IMG/VR virus record: IMGVR_UViG_3300021295_000040
Coordinates: 1-36,237 of that record
Length of the DNA stretch: 36,237 nucleotides
Reading direction: 5' to 3' (one strand)
Source of the DNA: a virus
The notes beneath the pieces were generated by a model. The model worked only from the letters and a program-made list of their open reading frames with translations. It had not been told where the DNA came from and searched no databases. The position numbers and the translations under genes were made by a program. Position 1 is the stretch's first letter. Each line of letters starts with the position of its first letter. Of this stretch, positions 27,381 through 33,441 are shown one piece after another.

Positions 27381-28223
27381 TTAATTGTTTAAATTACAAC
27401 AATCATTTGGATTGTAATTAATGTTCTTTGTAAAATAATCATAATGAGTTTGTACATCATCACAAACAGTTAACTGCTTAAAATCTAATTTAGACAATAC
27501 TTCAAGTTTTTTCTCTAACGGCAAATGACGATAACCTCCAGCTTTAAGAGAATATTGATTAAAATCAATAAAATCGTTTAAATCTTCTTCCAAACTTGGT
27601 TTTGTTCTTAAAAACTCAACAAGACACTTATCAACACCAATATTGTTTATAACATCAAAATCAGCTGTGTCAAATAAAAATGGAGATAATCTCAAAGCTA
27701 CATCAAAACCAAGATTATATAAAATTTCAATTGCATTTCTTCTTCTCTCAAAGCATGGTGCGTTATCTGTTGCAGCCAAAACTTCATTGTCATTTGTTGG
27801 AATTGAAATTTGAATATGTGCTAAATCTTTATCCAAAATATTAATATATTCATCTTCAACAATCAAATCCGATTTTGTAACAATTAGATAATGAATACCT
27901 TTTTCATTAAGTTTTCTAATTGCATTATAAGTATTTCTGTATTTTAACTCAATTGGCTGGAAACAGTCTGTTAGACCACCTAATCTTATAACACTTCCAG
28001 CTGGAATTTTATCGATTGTCCTGTAAACCTGGAGAAGTGGTGCAACCCCAACATCAGCAGGGTTCCAAAGTTTTCTAAAGTCTAAAATTTGTTTTGCATA
28101 GCAATAATTGCAGTTAAAAAAACAGCCCTTACCGTATAAATCAAGTCTTGTTGGATAAAAGCATCTATCACCTTCCGATCCTCCAACGGTTTTATAAAAA
28201 GAATTGTACTTATTCATTTTCAA
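27381..28223 (-). CDS. Radical SAM protein, SplB/photolyase-like family
   Basis: CX3CX2C motif GCFFNCNYCYAK, plus LTDCFQPIE and LIVTKS motifs. Confidence 0.85.
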   Translation of the reverse strand: MKMNKYNSFYKTVGGSEGDRCFYPTRLDLYGKGCFFNCNYCYAKQILDFRKLWNPADVGVAPLLQVYRTIDKIPAGSVIRLGGLTDCFQPIELKYRNTYNAIRKLNEKGIHYLIVTKSDLIVEDEYINILDKDLAHIQISIPTNDNEVLAATDNAPCFERRRNAIEILYNLGFDVALRLSPFLFDTADFDVINNIGVDKCLVEFLRTKPSLEEDLNDFIDFNQYSLKAGGYRHLPLEKKLEVLSKLDFKQLTVCDDVQTHYDYFTKNINYNPNDCCNLNN

Positions 28224-28551
28224 TCTCCCTTAGATATTCCAGCACCTTTTCTTCTGCAATGCGTTTTGCTTTTTCATCGATTTGTCTGTCAATTGCCTCA
28301 AGCTCTTCTTTTTTGGTTTTTTCTTTATACCTGTCAATGCTTGTGATAACAGCAATGGCCAATATTATTGCTATAACACCGGTAAAAATAGCTATTTCAT
28401 TAAATCCAGAAAACAAAGGGTGTTCTGTTACACCATTAAAAATCAAAACCACACCTGTTGAGATTAGTGAACCTGAAAGAGTGGTTTTAACAAATCCGTA
28501 GGTCCAGATTGTCCGCCTCCATGAAATTGTTTCAGTCAATGGCTTAGACAT
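28210..28551 (-). CDS. Holin-like membrane protein (start probably MSKPLT at 28551)
   Basis: Two hydrophobic segments and a highly charged C-terminal coiled coil. Confidence 0.5.
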   Translation of the reverse strand: MSKPLTETISWRRTIWTYGFVKTTLSGSLISTGVVLIFNGVTEHPLFSGFNEIAIFTGVIAIILAIAVITSIDRYKEKTKKEELEAIDRQIDEKAKRIAEEKVLEYLREIENE

Positions 28552-28552
28552 G

Positions 28553-28798
28553 CTAATCCCCCTTAAGTTCAATGGTGATTTCAGACATTTCATCATCAAT
28601 TTCCTTTTCAGTTAAAATTAATCCATCATCATTTTTTAAACAAAACATTGCAATTTTAAAATCATTGTATACTTCAAAATCATCAGTAGCTTCGTCTAAA
28701 AGAATTGTTGGAACGGTCAATGTTGCTTTTGTTGAAAATCTCACAAGGTCCTTGATATTTGAGCTTCTATCATCACACATAATCCTCATCTCTTTCAT
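28553..28798 (-). CDS. Hypothetical acidic protein
   Basis: ORF track; tightly coupled to neighbours. Confidence 0.55.
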   Translation of the reverse strand: MKEMRIMCDDRSSNIKDLVRFSTKATLTVPTILLDEATDDFEVYNDFKIAMFCLKNDDGLILTEKEIDDEMSEITIELKGD

Positions 28799-29033
28799 CT
28801 AAGCTCTCTTTTGGAATTTCATATTCTTCCCTAATAAGACCTTCAGCTATTTTTACACGATAATTTTCAGGAATGATTTTAACAATTAATGCAGCAGCAC
28901 CAATTACACCAACAGCTATTGACTGATATTTGACAGGTAAAAAACTGATGTCACTTGCTGTAAGACCACTTATGAAAACCAAAATCGCAAATACTACACT
29001 AATCAACCAACTGTATTTTTTAAAACTGTACAT
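28773..29033 (-). CDS. Small two-TM holin-like protein
   Basis: WLISVVFAILVFISGL and IAVGVIGAAALIVKII helices with charged tail. Confidence 0.55.
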   Translation of the reverse strand: MYSFKKYSWLISVVFAILVFISGLTASDISFLPVKYQSIAVGVIGAAALIVKIIPENYRVKIAEGLIREEYEIPKESLDERDEDYV

Positions 29034-29260
29034 TTTTTCATCCTCCAGAAATCCTTTTTCTTTTCTTCGTTTTTGTTATCTTCAAGCATTTCAGTTAATG
29101 TCTTAAATCTTATTCCAGCTGTATATGGGTATGATGATTTGATAACAACACCGCAATTTTTGCAGTAAACTTCCTCATTGTCATCTTTTTCAAATTCACC
29201 TTCATTTTCACATTCAGGACATACCAAGTTTGAATATGTTTGATTACACATTGACTTCAA
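29003..29260 (-). CDS. TFIIB/TFB-type zinc-ribbon protein
   Basis: CPECENEGEFEKDDNEEVYCKNCGVVI matches the TFB N-terminal Zn ribbon; no cyclin repeats. Confidence 0.75.
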   Translation of the reverse strand: MKSMCNQTYSNLVCPECENEGEFEKDDNEEVYCKNCGVVIKSSYPYTAGIRFKTLTEMLEDNKNEEKKKDFWRMKKCTVLKNTVG

Positions 29261-29328
29261 TACTCTCCTTCACTAAAAACTATAATAAGAATAAACAAAA
29301 TTCAACCAACCTAAAATTATTAGAAATA

Positions 29329-30096
29329 TTACAATCCCAATCGTTTCTTTTCATTGCTTATTAGACGTGCTTCGACTTCATGGTCAGTATTTGCATGAGC
29401 GTGAAGATTTGCGCCTCTACTTCCTAAAGCACCTTTTTGAGCTTCACTCATGGTGTCTTTGTATCTTTTGTAATAGTTACGGAAGTTCTGTCGATTTTGT
29501 TCTTCTTTTGCATAATCTTTGCATTTGTTGGAACAATATTTTTTAAAATGAATTGTTTTTGTAAACAAACGTCCACACCAATTGCAGGTTGGCAAAACTT
29601 CAAATATTGTCTCAATAGCTTCTTTAAATGTTAAATCAACACCCCCACGAACAAAATTCACAGGATACACATTATTAAATTGCTGAATTAGATCATTGAA
29701 TTTCTGTATAATTTGATTGTCTTCTTGCAATGGCTGCACAACAACAATTATGTCCATATTCGGAACAAATTTGTTAATTGTCTTAATGAATGATGGTTTA
29801 ACTTCAGGATTTGTGTGAAAAGCGTAGCTGGAGAGAATGCTAGTTTGCCAAATAACAATATCAAAATTGCTAAAGTTTTCATGGTTCCAGTTAATGCTTC
29901 TATCAAGTGCGGCCAGTAGTGCTCTTTCAGAAAATGTCAAATCATAGCTATTCAATATAGACTGCATTATTTCATCTTCAAGTGGAAAAATTGTCTTTAC
30001 AGTATATGATTTTGAGGCTAAATATTCTACAAGTTTTTGTACAATGATGTGGTTTACATTCACGTAAATTCCATCTAATGCAATGTGAAGTGTCAC
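29329..30096 (-). CDS. Degenerate thymidylate-kinase-like domain fused to Zn finger and basic tail
   Basis: IALDGIYVNVNHII replaces the TMK P-loop; ERALLAALDR and IVIWQTSILSSYAF are TMK-like; CNWCGRLF...YCSNKC finger follows. Confidence 0.6.
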   Translation of the reverse strand: MTLHIALDGIYVNVNHIIVQKLVEYLASKSYTVKTIFPLEDEIMQSILNSYDLTFSERALLAALDRSINWNHENFSNFDIVIWQTSILSSYAFHTNPEVKPSFIKTINKFVPNMDIIVVVQPLQEDNQIIQKFNDLIQQFNNVYPVNFVRGGVDLTFKEAIETIFEVLPTCNWCGRLFTKTIHFKKYCSNKCKDYAKEEQNRQNFRNYYKRYKDTMSEAQKGALGSRGANLHAHANTDHEVEARLISNEKKRLGL

Positions 30097-30181
30097 GCAA
30101 AATCACCTCACAAAAATAGTATCTAAAAATTTCAAAATTATCACCGACTTTCACTTTTCATCGGCACAAAACAGGAGTAAG

Positions 30182-30250
30182 GGAAAAATAAGTCAAGATA
30201 AGGGTTAGAACAGAACAGTTTGAAAAAAAGCAATTCTGACTTATTTTTCC
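30182..30250. repeat. 14-bp perfect inverted repeat with 41-nt spacer
   Basis: GGAAAAATAAGTCA (30182-30195) and TGACTTATTTTTCC (30237-30250); the spacer contains AAAAAAAGCA (30223-30232). Confidence 0.85.
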
Positions 30251-30485
30251 ACCATGTACGAAAACAAAAGAAACCAAACCATGTTAATTCTGTTTTACAA
30301 TACAATATTGTGTGTTAATATTATTTATAAGTGAGATTAAGAATTAAATTACACAAAATGAATTATGTATTTTAAAAGTAAGTTTAAAATAGTTATAAAC
30401 CAATTTAATGTTATTAATTCATAACTAAATGATATATATTCTATTAAATTAAAATAATTATTTAGGCAATAATTAAAGTGATATT

Positions 30486-31187
30486 ATGAGTTTTAATATA
30501 TCTGATTTTTTAATAAAAGACATCATATATACGGCTAAAGAAAAAATTGAAGGCTCCTTTTTTAAAGTAACCGTTGAAAACGTAGATTATCCTGTTTTAA
30601 TATCTAGAGTTGGTGCTTCATTAATTGGAATATCAATTTACTGTATGAGAAGTCAGGTTAATGATGAAAATCCAATTGAGAAGAAAATAATTGAATATAA
30701 TGATGCTCAAAAAGAGGAAGGCCATGATTACCTATTACGGGAACATGGTAGTAATTGGAATGTTGATTTTTTTGATCCTGAAAAATTCTTTTTCCGCACA
30801 AATTTATATTATATATTTGAAGAGAGTAATTTTGAATTCTCTGACGTGAATGAAAAAACGAATGATTTTTTAAATAGCCAAATGCTTAAAGAACAATTAA
30901 TTTACCTAACTTATACTGAAATAATTTATAAAGGTTTGCAAAATCCAACTTGTGATTTTGAAAAAAAATTAAGAAATATCTTGCTTGAAAAATGTTCTAA
31001 ACAATATGTAAACAATATTGATTTACAAAATACTCTAATCGAAGTTAAAAATAAACAAATTGAATATGAAAAAGAAAAAGAAGAACGTATGAAACTTGTA
31101 AGAGAAAAAGAACGTGAAATACAAGAATATAATGATAATCTTGAAGTTCCTAAAAGGAAAAATTTAAAGGATTATAATATCAGATAA
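30486..31187 (+). CDS. Hypothetical protein (233 aa) with C-terminal coiled coil
   Basis: Long ORF; GTGAT RBS; no recognisable family. Confidence 0.7.
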   Translation: MSFNISDFLIKDIIYTAKEKIEGSFFKVTVENVDYPVLISRVGASLIGISIYCMRSQVNDENPIEKKIIEYNDAQKEEGHDYLLREHGSNWNVDFFDPEKFFFRTNLYYIFEESNFEFSDVNEKTNDFLNSQMLKEQLIYLTYTEIIYKGLQNPTCDFEKKLRNILLEKCSKQYVNNIDLQNTLIEVKNKQIEYEKEKEERMKLVREKEREIQEYNDNLEVPKRKNLKDYNIR

Positions 31188-31228
31188 CATTAAAGAAAGA
31201 AATTCTTGAGAAGCTTTAGAGATATATT

Positions 31229-31504
31229 ATGATTAAATTAAATTATGATGAAATTAAAAGATTAGAAGATGATCTCATACATTTTAAAGGTTTTTTGCCT
31301 TTCGAATTATTTCGTACTATTAGTATGCTTAAAAGAAACAATTATCTTAAACAAATAGGATTATATGATGTTATTCAAACAAAAAATATTTTAGAGCGCA
31401 AGAGAATGAAATCCAGCGGCGATGTTGATAAGTATCTTGAGAAACAGTTATTGGATTGGATTGAAGATAATCCACAGTTTAAAGATTGCATAATTTTGGA
31501 CTAA
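31229..31504 (+). CDS. Hypothetical protein
   Basis: ORF track. Confidence 0.6.
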   Translation: MIKLNYDEIKRLEDDLIHFKGFLPFELFRTISMLKRNNYLKQIGLYDVIQTKNILERKRMKSSGDVDKYLEKQLLDWIEDNPQFKDCIILD

Positions 31505-31525
31505 AAATGAAATATATTTTCAAAT

Positions 31526-31759
31526 TTGAATAAATCTCATAAACGAGTCGCCAATATGGATTCTGTAGAAAATATAGAAAATAAAGAACAATTAGACCGT
31601 ATTGAAAGAAATATAAGGGAGGTTCGTTTGCTAGTGAATATGATACTAAAAGAAAATAACGAATTAAAAGCTCGCAACGAAGAACTTGAAAAAGAAAATA
31701 AAAAACTACACGAAACTATATTAAAAATATCTCAAAATCAAAATAAAAGCAATGATTAG
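31526..31759 (+). CDS. Hypothetical coiled-coil protein (start possibly ATG 31555)
   Basis: Heptad pattern ILKENNELKARNEELEKENKKL. Confidence 0.55.
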   Translation: MNKSHKRVANMDSVENIENKEQLDRIERNIREVRLLVNMILKENNELKARNEELEKENKKLHETILKISQNQNKSND

Positions 31760-31774
31760 TGAGATACTACTTCT

Positions 31775-32092
31775 TTACTCCTCATCTAAAACTCTGATAC
31801 ATAATATTTGCGACACATACAAAATTATTCTTTCGACATTAAAATAATCTTTAAAAGTGACAGTGAAATCATTAATAACATCAAATGGTTGGTTTGTATT
31901 ATCATCTGCATTATTAAAATCTCTTAAATATGTTAATCCAGAAGGTATAACAATTTTCATCCTTTTAATTTGGCCATCATTATCTACAATACCGTACCAA
32001 ACTTCTAATTTTTGGTAAGATTTTAAATTTTTATACATTTCCCATAGCTGATCTTCAGTAGGGTCCCAAATTCTATTTGATGTTACAATCAT
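31775..32092 (-). CDS. Hypothetical protein (105 aa), beta-rich C-terminus
   Basis: ORF track; starts about 40 nt downstream of putative sRNA-A. Confidence 0.65.
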   Translation of the reverse strand: MIVTSNRIWDPTEDQLWEMYKNLKSYQKLEVWYGIVDNDGQIKRMKIVIPSGLTYLRDFNNADDNTNQPFDVINDFTVTFKDYFNVERIILYVSQILCIRVLDEE

Positions 32093-32130
32093 AGTATCTT
32101 ATTTGAAGTAAATGTTTTTAATCATTCTGC

Positions 32131-32238
32131 GTTGGGTTTATTATGGAGTATGAGTAAAAAAAGCAATATAACGAGCTATAACTCCATATACCCAACTTAA
32201 CCATCACCAAATTTATCAGCCTAAATAATTTCAGGCTG
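32131..32238 (-). ncRNA. Putative structured small RNA A (5' short hairpin, linker, long interrupted hairpin with U7 loop)
   Basis: Stems CAGCCT/AGGCTG, GTTGGGT/ACCCAAC and ATGGAGT/ACTCCAT; begins 24 nt after a TTATATA box; repeated at 32572-32674. Confidence 0.6.
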
Positions 32239-32262
32239 TAATAAATAGTCTTAATTTTGAAG

Positions 32263-32289
32263 TATATAAGCAAAGTGAGAGAGCATTTG
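32263..32289 (-). promoter_or_regulatory. CAAATGCTCTC-N9-TTATATA promoter unit A
   Basis: Same motif and spacing at 32699-32725 and 32868-32894. Confidence 0.65.
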
Positions 32290-32329
32290 AAAACTATTCG
32301 TCATGAAAATTTACATAATTTTTTAAACA

Positions 32330-32557
32330 ATGAAAAATAAAATATTGAAAGAACTCAATAATTTGGAGATTTGTAATATGACTAGAGCAGAAGCAGAATT
32401 ACACGCCATTAGAACCACCATTGAAGCTTATCAAATGATTTTAAAAAATAATAATGAATTGTCTGAAAATGATAAAAACAATATTAGGAAAAAGATAACA
32501 GAGTTGGGAGAGCTTAGGGACAAAATATTGTCTGAAATATACAATCACGGCCTTTAA
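32330..32557 (+). CDS. Hypothetical helical protein (75 aa) between the two sRNA repeats
   Basis: ORF track. Confidence 0.6.
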   Translation: MKNKILKELNNLEICNMTRAEAELHAIRTTIEAYQMILKNNNELSENDKNNIRKKITELGELRDKILSEIYNHGL

Positions 32558-32571
32558 ATATTTAAAACATT

Positions 32572-32674
32572 GTCGGGTTTATGGAGCATGAGTAAAAAAA
32601 AGCAGTTTGACGAGTTTTAACTCCACAACCCAACTTAACCATTACCATACATCAGCCCAAATAATTTCAGGCTG
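32572..32674 (-). ncRNA. Putative structured small RNA B (diverged copy of A)
   Basis: Four stem substitutions relative to copy A are C-A or A-C mismatches on the plus strand but G-U wobbles on the minus strand. Confidence 0.6.
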
Positions 32675-32698
32675 CAATTAAAAATCTTATTTTTGAAG

Positions 32699-32725
32699 TA
32701 TATAAGCAAAGTGAGAGAGCATTTG
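32699..32725 (-). promoter_or_regulatory. CAAATGCTCTC-N9-TTATATA promoter unit B
   Basis: Identical to unit A over these 27 nt. Confidence 0.65.
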
Positions 32726-32755
32726 GTAAGTAATTTTTATATTGAAAAATAGTTA

Positions 32756-32843
32756 GAAGTCACATTTCCAGGATTTCAACCATCACTAAATCCAACAATT
32801 TTACACTTTTTTAACAAAAAAAGCATCTGAAATATGTGACTTC
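32756..32843 (-). ncRNA. Putative structured small RNA C
   Basis: Terminal stem GAAGTCACAT/ATGTGACTTC, inner stem GGATTT/AAATCC; contains TGCTTTTTTT and GTGATGGTT; begins 24 nt after a TTATATT box. Confidence 0.5.
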
Positions 32844-32867
32844 AATTTGTATATTAAACTAATAAAA

Positions 32868-32894
32868 AATATAACACTTGTGCGAGAGCATTTG
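32868..32894 (-). promoter_or_regulatory. CAAATGCTCTC-N9-TTATATT promoter unit C
   Basis: Conserved 11-mer and TATA-like box with the same 9-nt spacing. Confidence 0.6.
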
Positions 32895-32979
32895 GAAAGT
32901 ATTCAGTGAAAATTTAAGACGCTAATTATAACTTTTATGGCCGATAAAATATCATATAATACAAAAAAGGAGATATGAT

Positions 32980-33201
32980 ATGAAAATATTTAATAGTTTT
33001 AATAATAGACAATATCAGTTATCTGTTTGCTGTAAAAGCAAACACAGAAGTTTGAAAAGTAGAAAAGTTAATGATTTATTTGTTGGTAAAATAGCTTATA
33101 ATCCGATGCTATTTAGAAATACCAGCCATTACCCTATTGAAAACCGGCAGAAGATCAGAATGCAGATTAAGCTATTGGATAAAATTATTAATAGGAATTG
33201 A
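32980..33201 (+). CDS. Hypothetical basic protein (73 aa)
   Basis: AGGAG RBS upstream; no family recognised. Confidence 0.45.
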   Translation: MKIFNSFNNRQYQLSVCCKSKHRSLKSRKVNDLFVGKIAYNPMLFRNTSHYPIENRQKIRMQIKLLDKIINRN

Positions 33202-33441
33202 GGATAAATATTTTTTTAAATTTTTTATTTTGATTTTTTATTGCAGTATTATGTAATAAATAATAAAGGAGTCAATATTTCTGTAATTTAAATGAATTTT
33301 TTACTTCGTAAATTGCAACGTTTAATGATTGAAGATTTATTAAAGCATTTTGAAAATTTTGTTATACACATATAATAAACATTATATTATGTGTATAACA
33401 AAAATAAATTTGATAATGACTTTTTATTAGAGGGTTTAAAA

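Larger units (their letters stand above)
1..30096 (-). mobile_element. Head-tail (Caudoviricetes-type, contractile-tail) archaeal virus/provirus region; boundaries not visible
   Basis: Collinear terS, terL, portal, head, capsid, neck, sheath, tube, chaperone, tape measure and baseplate genes on the minus strand. No integrase or att site seen, so the element may extend beyond both given limits. Confidence 0.93.

Noticed and set aside
32131-32238. preQ1 riboswitch (tempting given yhhQ and the A-rich motif)
   Set aside because: Order and content of elements do not fit preQ1-I (short stem, conserved loop, 3' A-rich tail), wobble pairs favour the U-rich strand, and it is 7 kb from yhhQ, which is translationally coupled to dpdA.
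32131-32894. CRISPR array or integron attC cassettes
   Set aside because: Only two long diverged copies plus a partial third, no constant-length repeat/spacer pattern, no GTTRRRY/RYYYAAC ends and no cas or integrase gene.
30097-33441. Attachment site or tRNA marking the provirus boundary
   Set aside because: No tRNA-like cloverleaf or integrase seen, and a second att copy cannot be tested within the window.
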